Part shown: positions 1-12,328 of the stretch, piece by piece
How the letters are laid out: every line of letters starts with the position of its first letter
Numbering within the stretch: position 1 is the stretch's first letter
DNA from: Camelus dromedarius
Lineage: Eukaryota
NCBI RefSeq assembly: GCF_036321535.1
Contig: NC_087436.1
Location: 8,246,001-8,310,000 of the forward strand
Reading direction: 5' to 3'
DNA length: 64,000 nt
Translations under genes and position numbers: made by a program
Notes under the pieces: model-generated
What the model was told of the DNA's origin: nothing
What the model saw: the letters and a program-made list of their open reading frames with translations, nothing else
Database searches by the model: none

Positions 1-307
1 CAGGATGGAGTCTGTCCAGAATGACAAAACCCAAACGTTCAGAATAGGTTCCAATAATTTTTTTTCTCTTAGTTTTACTTGGCTGTGCTGTGTGCCCAAA
101 AAGGCAACAGGGCCAGTGAATAGACCAAGTGCCCCATCCACAAGAGAGAATGTCTTAGGCAATAGCAGGAAAGGCATGTTTGATTTATTTGTCATGATAT
201 TCAGACAAATCAGTACTGTGTTTCTACTTGTCTGGATCAAGGGACTATCCCTGGGACCAATATACTATTAATCCTTGGCATATTTGAGTTAGTTTATATA
301 CAAATGG

Positions 308-880
308 TGTTACCAAGTTCAGATCCAGCTGCTCATCACTCAAAAATCAATACTCGAGAGAGGCAAATGATGGTAGAAAAGAAGGTTGCTTTTAATCAGA
401 ATGCTTGCCATCTGGGGAGATACTGGAATCAGTGTCAAAAAACCCACAAAAAGACCAGGGCTGTGATTCTGCTCAGCCATGAAGTTTTGAAGGAAAAAGG
501 GGAAGCAATCTCAATTAATCACTGAGATACGGGGTCAGTATCCCACACAGAGCCCACACTGTGTGCAGGCTTGTAGACTTGTGTATTTTCCTTAGATGTT
601 ATCTTGTTCACACAGTTTGTTCATGAGATTACTGCAGGGGAAGCAAGGGAAGAGACCTGGTCATCTGTTAATTACTTATTCTCCATTTCTACTCCTTTGA
701 TCTACAGAAACAACCAACAGGTTAAGCAAGGCATGATATAATCAAAAGATCTGAAAGATGCCCAGGGCCAGAAATGAGTAGAGCATGAGGGTGCCTGGTT
801 AAAGGTTAGTGACAAGACAAAAGGCCCCCCTGTAAAGAGCTCTTATCTGCAAAGAGCTCTTTCTTGACATACTGCTTACA
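308..880 (-). mobile_element. Solo ERV LTR
   Basis: TG...CA termini, minus-strand polyA-like signal near left end; flanks atgg/ataa (imperfect TSD). Confidence 0.75.
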
Positions 881-1008
881 ATAATACATATTGAATCTTT
901 GCTAGTTTGTGTGGCTCCTTGGAAGAGAATTCAGCTTCTTCAAGCATAATAATAGCCCAAATGATATGTAGATTTTATGTATGTGAAAGCATTTTTAGAA
1001 CTCTCAAA

Positions 1009-1231
1009 CTAGAAGCTATAATGATTGTCAATCACATCCTTGTAGCATCCCTTAATAGACCCGAGGAATGGAGGAGGCTGACTCAGTTTTATTAGAGACC
1101 CCAGAGTCCTGTAGCCTGGTGCTGGTCTTGTATAGCTGTTGAAAGCAGTGGCAGGAAAGGAATTCCTATAGGTTTTAATGCTTGTCCCTGACAGCCGGGA
1201 ACAGCAAAACTCTCGGAGAAACAAAGAGACA
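1009..1231 (-). pseudogene. Exon 15 (starts phase 2): SVSLFLREFCCSRLSGTSIKTYRNSFPATAFNSYTRPAPGYRTLGSLIKLSQPPPFLGSIKGCYKDVIDNHYSF*
   Basis: tctttctttgatatctttttcaacacag acceptor; the phase-compatible frame is open for 73 codons; true 3' end uncertain. Confidence 0.6.
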
Positions 1232-1631
1232 CTGTGTTGAAAAAGATATCAAAGAAAGACTGAACTAAACTGTGTATCATTAACAGGAAACATTATTATT
1301 ATCATTATTATTTTCACTCTGAGTTCTAAGAAAAAGTTTTTATCCTACTTTCCAGAAGTATATTTTCTTTTATCTAAACAGATATGTTTAACAGACTATA
1401 ATACCTGGAAATGTAAATTTCTAATATAATTTTTTTAAAGGCTCCATCATAACACTTTAATTCAGAGAAAATATAATAACTACCTGGACAATCATAATAC
1501 AAAATTCTTATTACTATTATTATTTTTATTACTATAAAACTTAATTGCTTTCTGTCTTGAAGTTAGTGCCATTAAGTTCTTAAAAAGGAATCAATAGGAA
1601 AGTGTTTTTAGTTTTTGTTAACTTTTGAGTT

Positions 1632-2839
1632 TGTTACAGGGTGACCATGTCCTAGGTCTCGACTGATTCCCTGGGACGTGCCCTGCCAAATGTGGGTCCT
1701 TGGATTTGCCCATGAAAGAATTCAAGAGCGAGCCACAGTTGAGTAAAAGTAGATTTATTCAGAGAGATATGTACTCCATAGACAGAGTGCAGGCTGTCTT
1801 AGAAGGTGAGAGAGAGGCCATGAGGTGTGGGGTGGTTAGTTTTTATGGGCTTGGTGACTTCTTATGCTAACAAATGGGAGGATTATTCCAACTACTTTGG
1901 AGAAGGGTCAGAGATCTCCAGGAATTGGGCCACCACTCACTTTTTAACTTTTTATGGGCAGCCTTGGAACTGTCATGGAGCCTGTGGGAGTATCATTTAC
2001 TATGGTAATATAATAAGTGTATAAGGAAACTCAAGATCTACTGGAAGTCAAATCTCCCACCATCTTGGGCCTCAAGGTCTACTGGGAGTTGGATCTTCTG
2101 CCATCTTGGTGTTAATTGCTTTGAATTTGACTCAGGAAGAAACAAATGTGGGGCATGATGAGGGCCATGTCCCGGGTCTCCGTTGAGTCATATGTGCCCT
2201 ACAAAGTGTGGGTCCTTGGCTTCATCCAGGAAAGAATTCAAGAGTGAGCCACAGTTGTGTAAAGGTAGATTTACTTAGAGAGATACATACTGCATAGAGT
2301 GTAGGCTGCAGGCTGTTTCAAGAGGCATGAGAAAGGCTATGAGGTGTGGGGGTTGGGTGTTCAGGTTAAAGTAAAAGTAGGTACACACTCCATAGACAGT
2401 GTCCTGGCCATCTCTGAAGAAGAGGGAGTAACAGAGGAGGCCATGAGTCATGGTGTTGCCAGTTTTTATGGGCTCAGTAGCTTCATATGCTAACAAGTGG
2501 GAGGACCATTCCAACTACCCTGGGGAAGGGGCTGGGATTCCCAGGAATTTGGCTACTGCCCACTCTTTGACCTTTCATGGTTAACCTTGGCACTGTGGCA
2601 CCTGTGGGACTACCATTTATCATGTTAATATTACAATGGGCCTATAATGAAGCTCAAGGTCTTCTGGAAGTCAACTCTCCTCCATCTTGAGTCCCAAGAC
2701 CTATTAGTAGTTGAATCTTCTGCCACTTTGGCATTAATCACTCTCATTCCTTGAATGGCTGTGGCTGTGCCCTGCCCCCCTCCCTCCTGTCTCATTATTC
2801 TTTGAATGGCAATGCCCTGTCCCCTTCCTTCCTGTCTCA
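1632..2839 (-). mobile_element. Tandem pair of related ERV1-type LTRs (1632-~2120 truncated, 2156-2839)
   Basis: Two similar copies (gaaagaattcaagag, tatgctaacaa.tgggagga); TG...CA ends; whole unit flanked by AGTT TSD; same family as 61048-61490. Confidence 0.85.
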
Positions 2840-3357
2840 AGTTTGATTTAAAAAATAAATCTGTAGAGACTATCTGGAAAAGCAACCAAATGATTCAATA
2901 TAGTAGAAAAATAAGCTAAAACAGCAGACAAATAAGGACTTATAGAGTGAGCAGGCAACTTAAAAAATCCTTCTTCAAGTATGTAGCAGAGGTTTAATTT
3001 GGATTTTTTCAACTATTATTTGATTCCTTTTGGCTACTTAATCATTAAAATGCAAAATGCAAGTACTGTTAAAAATAAGAGTCTTATTTTTTATTATTTC
3101 CAGGAAACATTAAGTACATACGGAAGCATTGGCATATTTTGAACGATGACTACACATGAGATACTTTGCATTAATTTTAAGGCAAATGAGTGAAATTCTA
3201 TGAAATTTTTAGTAATTACTGATTAAAAACATTTTTCTTAGTGTTAGCATAATCGTATTTCACTCCAGTTACACTAGCATCTGTTGCAACTCTGAACACA
3301 CCCGAGAGCATTTTAAACAAGCGATCACAGCAAAAAATGATGACTGTTTTCAGATAC

Positions 3358-3434
3358 CTGCTGTGACACAAAATTTCCTCCTGGAAATCAGTTGTGCTGT
3401 TTTGTTCTAAATTTTGTGTGCCACACTGTCTGAA
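3358..3434 (-). pseudogene. Exon 14 (77 nt, 0-2): FRQCGTQNLEQNSTTDFQEEILCHS
   Basis: tcttatattttcag|...CAG|gtatct; only the phase-0 frame is open. Confidence 0.7.
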
Positions 3435-3529
3435 CTGAAAATATAAGACATGCATGAAATAAAATCTTATTAGATTTTAGACATTATTGGTTAAAGATAC
3501 GAAGCATTTCACCAGGAAGGATATATAAC

Positions 3530-3905
3530 AAAATATAATTTGAGATGATTTTTGGTCAAATATAATCTCTCAAGTTTATTAAGGTACATATTGCATAAAT
3601 TAAAATGCTAGTATTGTAAGTGCCCAATTCAGTGACATTTGACAAATACATACACTGATGTAACCATCACCTTAACAGAGATGCAGAATATTTCCTTCAA
3701 TCACCTCAGCCAGCCTCCTGGTTCCCCTTTACAATGAATTTCTCCCACCTTGGTACCAGTGACCACTGATGTAATTTTTAACAATAGATTAGTGCTATCC
3801 ATTCTACAACTTTATATAATGAAATAATATAGTATGCACTATTTTAAGTTTGTTTTTTTCCCAGTATAATATTTATCATTCAATGTTGGTCTGTTTATCA
3901 ATTAT
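3530..3905 (-). mobile_element. Old L1M 3' fragment
   Basis: typical L1M 3'UTR text (gacaaatacatacactgatgtaaccatcacc, gaaataatatagtatgcact). Confidence 0.7.
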
Positions 3906-4928
3906 TCATGGTTTCCTTTATCTTTTTTATATTTACCTTTTTCTTTAATCATATTTTTCACTAGTAAATTGAAAACATTCAAAGCTATTTCTTTTACATC
4001 TGTCTCCTGTATCCAACATCAGAGTCATCTGGGATAAATGATTTGGTTCTGTCACATTATCCTGCTTTTTTCCCATGTTGAATAGTTTTTACTTTGGGAA
4101 AGACAGTGTTGATGATACGTGGAAGATCCCCAGAATTGTTATATTTTACTTGAACTTGGGCAACTTGTTTTTCAGTTCTTCTTGTGCATATCTGGGAAAA
4201 ATCCAAGGGGTTGTCCATGTCTCTCTCACACAGTAGACATGACCTTCAATTTTGTCTTCCCTGTTGGTTTTGCAGGGTTTGCTTTTAGGTGTTCTTAAGA
4301 TAATAGTCCATTCAAGACCTGAGAAACAGCCTTTGCTGCTAAAGTACAGGCTTTCTGTTGTCAGGGTTGAATGTTAAGGGGTGGTAATATATACATCATG
4401 ACTTATCTGGAAATCCAACATTTCCACAGCAGTTCTTAACATCTAGTGTCTCTCATATTTTCTATCCCATGGAAACTTTCTTCTGGTAATTCTCGTATGA
4501 AGATGCTCTGAGCATGCACTGCCAGGTTCTTGGCCAAGGGATCTCAGGGAATCTCCACAAAAAGATCTGGGGTTTCTGTCTGGGAAACATCCTCCTCTCC
4601 TGTGCTCTAATCTGCTGAGTTCAGACACTTCATCTGCCCTAAACTCTGATCTGCGCCTCCTCAGCTCAGAGGGACCACCACGGTCTACTTGGACTTGAGT
4701 TTGCCCCACCGGTTCAGAAACAGAACATGGACCAAGAGCTGGGGTCAAATCTGGGCAGTGATGTGCATCGTGAGTTTTCTTCCTGTAATCAGTTTTACCA
4801 AATGCTGAAAAGCATTTATCTCATATTTTTATCTCATTTATTTTGTCCAGATTGATGATTTTTAGAGAATTAAGAGCAGTCTGATGTCAATCACTTTTCA
4901 TCACTGGAACAGAACAAGTCCATTTTTT

Positions 4929-5516
4929 TGTCAAAAGGTTGGCCCCTGTCCCTGACTAGCCAAATTGAAACTCAGAGACTGGGTCTTGGAGCTTAGAAGA
5001 AAAGAGACAGCTTTATTACTTTGCAGGGCAAAGGGGACTCACAAAAGGCTGGTGCCTTCAAAACTGTGAACCCCCTTTGGGGACGGGGTAGGGTGATTAT
5101 AGAGCTGTAGCTCAAATAATAAATAATCAACAGAATCATTTTCTCATCATAAGACTAAAGTGGTGTCATGATGCCTCCAGGTGACCAATTCTATAGAAGC
5201 TAGCTGTTGTCACTTTGTTTTTTTATCTCTTTACCTCTAAGCACCCAAGGTGTGGTCTTCTTGGTATTTAGCCTATTTTGTAAGGTTACAATTCTGTGAC
5301 TTCCTCCCTGGAGAACAACTCAGAAACCAAGCATGATTATTACTTTTGATTACTGGAATAAAACAGAAACAGTAAAATGAATAGCTTTATTTTAAGTACA
5401 GGGCCTGGAGCTGTGAATAGCAACCAGTCAGTCAGGTCAGTTGACCATTTAAAGGGCAAGCATAAGAATAAGCAATCTGTTAGCCTAAATGTGGCCATTT
5501 GATTAATCTTCCTTCA
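4929..5516 (-). mobile_element. Solo ERV LTR
   Basis: TG...CA, gctttatt (AATAAA on minus) near left end. Confidence 0.75.
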
Positions 5517-5970
5517 CATTCAAATGTATTTTTAAATTTATGGTTTCCCACAAAATTATGCAACAAATAGGAAATGATACATTATGTATGATGATAGAAA
5601 ATTCCATATGCCTTCCTTCAAGTGGACTTTTGAATTTTGACATATTTGGGTTTTTTAATAATCACCTTAAATGATTTAAATCATCCATAGACTATTTAAA
5701 TAATCTAAATAATATTTAAATATTTATTTAAATACTCTTCAAATATACATAAGGTTTTGGAATCATGAAAACGTTATTATTGTTTACTTAAAGATCAAAT
5801 AATATGCTCGGGGTTCCCCACAGAACAATTCCAACAACTGGGGTATTGCAATAAAACCCTAAATGTCTCAAACATACAAATTCTAAATCTGTATTATAGA
5901 TGAGGAATAGAAAAAAAAATTGATTTTCTCTGCTTATATACATTAAAACAATGCAGCTGATAACCCTTAC

Positions 5971-5997
5971 CTCCTTTAGAGGCTGAAAAACCTTTTG
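5971..5997 (-). pseudogene. Exon 13 (27 nt, 0-0): QKVFQPLKE
   Basis: ttttcattttgtctccaaatag|...GAG|gtaagg; resembles DED LFQRLQE helix. Confidence 0.7.
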
Positions 5998-6162
5998 CTA
6001 TTTGGAGACAAAATGAAAAGGATTCTGAGTCCGCACACTAACTATATGCTGTGTAAATAAATGCTCCAAGGACCAGATCAGTCTCGGTGTTTCAGAAATT
6101 TACAACCCAGTAATATCTCCCTGGCACTGGTCTTCATTTTCCCTTGCAATGTATACACATAC

Positions 6163-6282
6163 TTTTGAGTTAGATAAATCTCTCTGGAGATCTTTCACAA
6201 TCTCTACAGAAGTAGGTGAATTTCCCAAGGTTATTCTTAGCCAAGAATCGCCAGTTCTTAACAAAATTAATGCAGGAATCCT
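6163..6282 (-). pseudogene. Exon 12 (120 nt, 0-0; alternative CAG acceptor at 6287): inferred ancestral RIPALILLRTGDS/LAKNNLGKFTYFCRD/VKDLQRDLSNSK
   Basis: tttttgtgtccctgcagaatag|...|gtatgt. Open end to end as RIPAL...WLRITLGNSPTSVEIVKD...; the DED-like middle (LAKNNLGKFTYFCRD) sits in a shifted frame between two compensating 1-nt indels. Confidence 0.7.
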
Positions 6283-6365
6283 CTATTCTGCAGGGACACA
6301 AAAATATTTCTATACACTCAAAATGTTCCTCAAAGAAAAATTTAAGAGGAATTATAGAGCCTTAC

Positions 6366-6401
6366 AGATGGTTCTAACATTGTGACTCTTTGAGTAGTTT
6401 T
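6366..6401 (-). pseudogene. Exon 11 (36 nt, 0-0): KTTQRVTMLEPS
   Basis: tttgttaatttgtttcag|...|gtaagg; short (~80 nt) intron to exon 12, like the exon 6-7 arrangement. Confidence 0.65.
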
Positions 6402-6843
6402 CTGAAACAAATTAACAAACAGAATGCCATAAGGTTCTAGATTTTGCTTGGAAGCAAATCATTGTGAACACACCTATAAATACACACTAATGGAGAGCTC
6501 AGTCTGCACTATAAAAATAATTCTTGGGGTGATGAAATTATTTTACACTTGATTGTAAATATGAGTAATTATGTAAATGTATTCAAAGTATACTTGGAAT
6601 GGTTTAATTTTATTTTATGTAAATTACAACTCAGTAAAGAAGCATAAACTACATGGTAAAAACATTTGTTGCAACTTAAAAATGTTTTTGCCAACTTTGC
6701 CCTTCCAAAACAAGAAAAAAAAAAAAAGTCTACCTAATTCCTTTCATTTGGTTATTATTATTAATAATACCAATGAGATGAAATCTTTTGAAATCACTAA
6801 GTATAATGTAACTGCTATAATGCAAGCATACCTCTGGGATGCT

Positions 6844-7332
6844 TGTGAACGAAAATACTGCAACCACAAAAGTAAATAAAAAATGCTGAAACCAAGGCAT
6901 CACCAGCTGCCAGCATCACCAGCTGCCACCACCCCCAGTGAGGACAGGCCTGCAGCCCCGCCTCTGCAGCCACTCACAGTTGTGCACCCTGAGGGGACTC
7001 AGAATAAGAAAGGACAGGATACTGGCCCTAGATAGCTAGGTGCTTGTCAAAGGGATGAATTTAATGAGCCCAAATGTTTGCTTCCTCCCATATGTAGAAA
7101 AGCACTAAATTCTTTAACTTGAGATGCCTGGTTTTCTTTAGATAACAAGTAATCTTTTAATGTTCCAACTACCTGGTCTTTGTTGTAAAGATCCTATAGA
7201 TCCTGGCTCCTCCCCTACCTCTTTGGAGCAGTGCCACAGAGCCATCTGAGGGGCTGTCATCCCAGCTCAAGTCCTCCCGCCAAATAAAACATAACTTTTA
7301 ACTTTTAGGCTGTGCATTTATTTCAGTCGACA
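6844..7332 (+). mobile_element. Solo ERV1-type LTR
   Basis: TG...CA, AATAAA near 7283, perfect TGCT TSD. Confidence 0.85.
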
Positions 7333-8671
7333 TGCTGCAAGTTCAGTTCCAAGCCACCACAATAAAGTGGATATCACAATAAAGTCACACGATTTTTTTG
7401 GTTTCCTGCTATATATAAAAGTTATGTTTACAATATACTATACCTATTAAATGTTGTTGATCTTAAACAAATAGACTACCAGATATTTCTCCAGCAAAGA
7501 TGGGTTTATTTAGAATCAACAGAGAATTGCAATCCAGGGTCTAACCTTGGTGAGCCCCGTGCAGATCCCTACCCGGCAAGGGAAGGCGGATGCCTTTGCA
7601 GAGGGGAAGGGAAGTTGGGAGGGCCATCATGAACAAAGAGTACATGGATTTCCACTGGCTGAGTCCTTGCCCGGATAGAAGAGGGGTCTTTCTCCTTCCT
7701 GTTGGGCTCTGCATCATCACAGGGCATGAGAACTCCCCATTCTGGTCTCCCAACTCTATTTACTTGAGGTTTCTGTTTATAGGTGTTCTCCATTTGCTCC
7801 TTTTGATCAAGGTCTTTCTCTGAAATCATCACTGATCAAGAGGCATGTTCTCTAATTTCAGCAGCTTTTTGTCCCTCAGTGTCAGGAAAGACCCATCCTA
7901 GCCCTAGGAATGGCCTGATGAGGTCAGGGAGGAATGGCCTGAGCCCGACCCTGCAATAAGTTAGGTGTGGTACCCCAGGGGTAATTCTAGAGACCTGCCA
8001 GGACTTCCCCCAGTGAGTGGTTTTCACCCAATGCTGGACCTGACCTTTAGGAGCTCACTGATGTAAGTCATAGAAGCCAGGTTGGTAAGTTTAAATGACT
8101 ATATTAAATTTCTCAGCACATTTGAGGATATTTGTTTACTTTGGGAACATCTTTAGCTATGGCTCACAATTCAGCTTTAGTCCAGGGAGAATGAGAAATT
8201 AAAGGTTTAGCCCCTGGACCCTCAAAAGACTTAATTTTAAAGGGACAGATTCTGACAAGTCGGGAGAAAAGGGAGTGGGGAGCATTTCAGAGAAAAGGGT
8301 AAGTTTGGTAAGAGAATTAGCAGGTGGGAGTTGAGGGTATAGGAGACGCAGAGGCGGCCCAGAAGGGAAGGAAAAGATGGTGCCAGCGGTGGCGTCTGAG
8401 ACCAGGAAGTCCAGGAGGAGGCGCCTGAGGCTTCTAACATCATTTTGTCTTCTTTTAATCATTTGTTTGACTCAGTTAATCTTAAAATCTTATTTTGCAG
8501 AGTCTCCTGATAACATTGGGAAGATTCAAAATAAGCATTCCACTCAAGATCTGGAAATCTTTGAGCTATTGTAGTCCATTTCAATTTTAAAGCAATTAAT
8601 TTGGGGATTTTAAAAAGATCCCCATTAGGGCCATTGATATTCTAAATTGCCTTCTATCGAGTCCATCTATT

Positions 8672-9241
8672 TGTTGCTGAACACAAGTTTGTGGACCTGA
8701 GGCACCGTGAAGCCAAGCAAGCTGAAACATCAGAGCTGGGAGCAGAGAAAGGTTTATTGTGAGGCCAAGCAATTAGAATGGGTGGCTTGTGCCCCAAAAC
8801 CCCAAACTCTCTGATGGTTTTCAAGGAGAATTAAAGGCAAAATTTGGGGTGATGGCTGCAGGTTGTGTGACTTTGTCCTGATTGGTCAGTGGGGGGGGGT
8901 GACAGGGTGGCAGTCCAGGAATCTTGTGCTCTGCCTGAAGTTGCCAACCTCCACCTGGGTAGGGGGCCTCAGATCCTGGGGAAGAACTCAGAGACAGTGT
9001 TAAGTGTAATTCCTCGAGGGAGAACCAGGACCCTGCCCTGAGGCTGCACTGTTGTTTCTTGACTGCTCCCCCTTTGTTTCTATGTTCCTTCCCTTCTCTG
9101 ATTAGCAACTGTTTAAACCTGCGCTTTGGAACTCAGGGAAGGTCAAGGAGGCCGCCTGAAGCTTATTTCTTACAAACAAGAAGGGAGGGACACGGAAGAT
9201 TTATACCCAAGAGGGCCCCCACAGGGTCTTGCTGTATTTCA
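8672..9241 (-). mobile_element. Solo LTR nested in provirus
   Basis: TG...CA, TSD tatt/catt; related to 49130-49756. Confidence 0.85.
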
Positions 9242-10100
9242 CATTTGGTTAGAAATGAGTATGAGGAAGGACCATGGCTTTAAAAATAAAATTGTTGTTG
9301 TTCCTATAGGAGGGGGTGCCCTCAAAATTCTTAGGTAACTGGGCTCCCATCTCCTAGAGATTTTTCCTCTAAAAAACAATTTTCAAACAGCGCAAAGAGC
9401 TTCCGGCAATGAATGGCTCAAATTCAAACAGCTTGCAAGCCAATTCCAACCAGACTGAAGAAGACAAGTTGATCCCAGAAAAGCCAGGCTGAAGGCCTTT
9501 TTAAAGCCAGTCTCCAGAGGAGGATATTCCTTCCAAAGGAAGAGGCCAAAGGCTGAAAACCTAGCATAGTTTCAGTTGAAGCAGACCCTCCCAAAGGAAT
9601 TGAGACAAAGGCAATTTCACTGAGCTTTGGTTGAAACAGTCGTTATCTCAAGATCAGACCAAAGTGTCAAAAGGGTACTCACATAGAGAACAAGGTTTTA
9701 ACCAGAAAAACAAAAGCTTTGAATAGATCCTGGGTAAAGCCTGGAGAGCTTTAAATGCAACAGAATGAGAGCTCAGGTCCAGGAGAAAGATGTACCTTCA
9801 GATTCCAAGGTCACCCTGAAAAGAGTGAGTGACGAAGTGACAATTGTGGGTATTGCATCTGTTTGCTGACCAGTCCTGAAGCCATTGGATGTCTTCTCTG
9901 GTCCCTGTGGAGGCCACCAAAATGGTGACACAAAACAAATAGGCTGGTGGATACTTCTCCAGCAAAAGTGGGTTCATTCGGGATCAGCAGAAAATTGCAG
10001 TTCAGGGTCTGTGGACATGGTGAGCCACATGCAGGTCCCTGAACAGCAAGCAAAGGAGAATGCTTTTAATAGGGAGGGAAAGACGTTGGGAAGGCTTTAG

Positions 10101-10754
10101 GGTTGCGGGCAGATGCATCTGGTGTCCAGGTTCTTGTCCCGTCCCAGAAAGAATTCAGAAATGAGACATGGAGGTTAAGACAGTGAAGTGAGGATTTATT
10201 AAGGGATGGATAGCACACTCTCAAAGGGAGAGCAGGCAGGCTCAGCTGAGCAGCTGCCCTCAGTTTCTTTGGCAAGATGGTTACAGAGGGTGTAAAAATA
10301 AATGGTGGAATATTCATTGGGGAGGGAAGGGTTTGGGGTCACATACTCTGATGTTCACCCCAGCTCCATCGTCCTGAAGGGAGGAGGGATTTTTGTCCTT
10401 ACTTAGTCTGGATTGGAAGAGTCATGGCGTCAATGTATGATGGCTACTTCTAACCTGCAAGGCTAATTTTATTGAAATGAGGGCATGATGAGCAAAAGGT
10501 TACATTCAAACATTGGAGATTCCTACCTTTTTCCACCTTTGTTTGTCAACTTCCAGGCTGCTCATCAACCCAAAAGTTGTGGCCGCTTATCAGCACAGAG
10601 ATTCCTGCTTTTCTTTCTCTGCCCAGGGACCCCTGGTGCTTATATGATGTAGGGTTTCCTGTATATGGCCTGTGCCCTCCTTTCTGCACAATTCCTGCCA
10701 TTTGGCCTGTGTCCCCCTTTCTCTGCTCATATCTAGTATCTGCTTGCTCTAACA
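10101..10754 (-). mobile_element. Solo LTR nested in the provirus 5' LTR
   Basis: TSD ttag/ctag; homologous to 46297-46890. Confidence 0.85.
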
Positions 10755-12328
10755 CTAGGAAATGCAGAGTCCATGGCTTTTCACTGGCTGAGTCCTCACC
10801 AGGAAAGAAGAGAAGGCTTCCTTCTTCCCATTGGGCTCTGTTATTGTCACAGGGCCCGTGAGCTCCCCATTCTGGTCTCCCAATTATACTAAGGTTTCTA
10901 TTTAGTAATTTTTACAGTGTTCAGTAGCATTATCTAAAGACAAATACATTCTTTTATTTAAAAATAATTTATTGCTAAAATATGCTATCATGTGAGCCTT
11001 CAGAAAGTCATGGTAATGACATCAAAGATCACTGATCACAGATCCTCATAACAAATATAACAATAATAAAAACAATTTGAAATATATGTAACACAGAGAT
11101 ATGTAGTGAGCAAATGCTGTTGGAAAATTGTCACTGATAAACTTGCTTGATGTCAAATTGCCACAAGCCTTTAATTTGTAAAAATTGCAATATCTACAAA
11201 GTTCAATACAGCAAAGCACAGTAACGTGAAGTGTGCCAGAATCTATTCACGGAATATTAAATAATTCCAATGTTGCAACAGTAATGATAAGAGTAGTATC
11301 CAAAAATTAAAACAAGGACTTCAATCCAGTACCAATCTACCTTAAAAAAAAACAAAAAGCAATAAAACAATGCCAGAGAATTGGTAGTTAATACTTATCT
11401 TCTGATTATCCTAAATTATTCTAAATTTGAGGTATTATGTCACTAACTTCTACAATTCATCCCAACTAATTCTGATGACCAATAAGAAGTCAAGTTACAA
11501 TTTGTCTTCTTAGTGTTTAAAATTACTATGTACATTAAATGTCAAATGCAGCATGATAAAAGATAATGGTAGGAACTGTGTGTCATGTAATACAATCAGA
11601 CATTTAAAAAAATTATTTCAGAAAAATTAAAAAAAATAGCTCTAGGAGAGAGGTGCAAAAGAATTCCACATGGAAGAATTATAGTTCAATCACACAAATA
11701 CAATAATAATATGAGTAAGAACATATGACATTCTAAACAAGTAACTTCTAGTAGGAGGGACAAGGGGATTTCAAGTGCATTTCAAAGACTACATAATTAT
11801 AAGTTAAAATACTTTAAATAAACCTACATAAAAAAGACCACAATCATACAATCAATGCCTTTTTTCTAAGTGTGATATCACAGCCACGTGATACTGGGTT
11901 AATAATGTATTGAGTGTGATATGAAATTTTTTAGTTTCCAAGGCAACTAACTTTTTGATTTTCTATTCAAGGTGCAAGGGCTTTCTGTAAATTAAAGATA
12001 TTGTCACATTGCTTTCATTTAAAAATCAGAAAAAAATTGATTTAAAATTGTAGCATTCTACAAAAAAAGTAAATGCAATTTTTATTTTTCCAATTTATGT
12101 TTTATATAGATCCTTTAAACTATCTAGATGGAGAGTTAAAAAAAATACTCTTAATTAATTGGGCAAAGGGCAAAATTAAAACAAAGATATTTTTGTAATT
12201 GTCATCATTTTAAAAATTCATGTTTCAAACTAAAGGATCCTTGAAAATCAGAAAGTATTTAGCTAACCCCATTCCTAAAGTGGTATCATGTTTGCTAAGA
12301 AGGGTGTATGTTTCCGATAATTCCTCAC

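Larger units (their letters stand above)
7455..10916 (-). mobile_element. Deleted class I (gamma-like) provirus with tRNA-Ile primer-binding site (PBS) and gag remnants
   Basis: Two homologous LTRs (7455-~7780; 9923-10916 interrupted). PBS at 9919-9902 TGGTGGCCTCCACAGGGA, 14/18 to tRNA-Ile 3' end as recalled. Purine tract beside the 3' LTR; degraded MA (WP.WGSF) and CA (TYQPGFYDL) motifs; TSD atgt/gtgt. Confidence 0.85.
6823..11239. mobile_element. Internally deleted Tigger1-type DNA transposon (~0.47 kb) split by LTR and ERV insertions
   Basis: TIR-like ends caagcatacctc and gaagtgtgccag; Tigger text at 6823-6843, 7333-7454, 10917-11239. Confidence 0.8.

Noticed and set aside
6832..6857. 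Apparent 26-nt minus-strand exon (YFRSQASQ) with good AG/GT sites
   Set aside because: It straddles the Tigger TIR / LTR junction (TGCT TSD at 6840-6843), so it is transposon-derived. It also shows that single micro-exon calls here can be chance.
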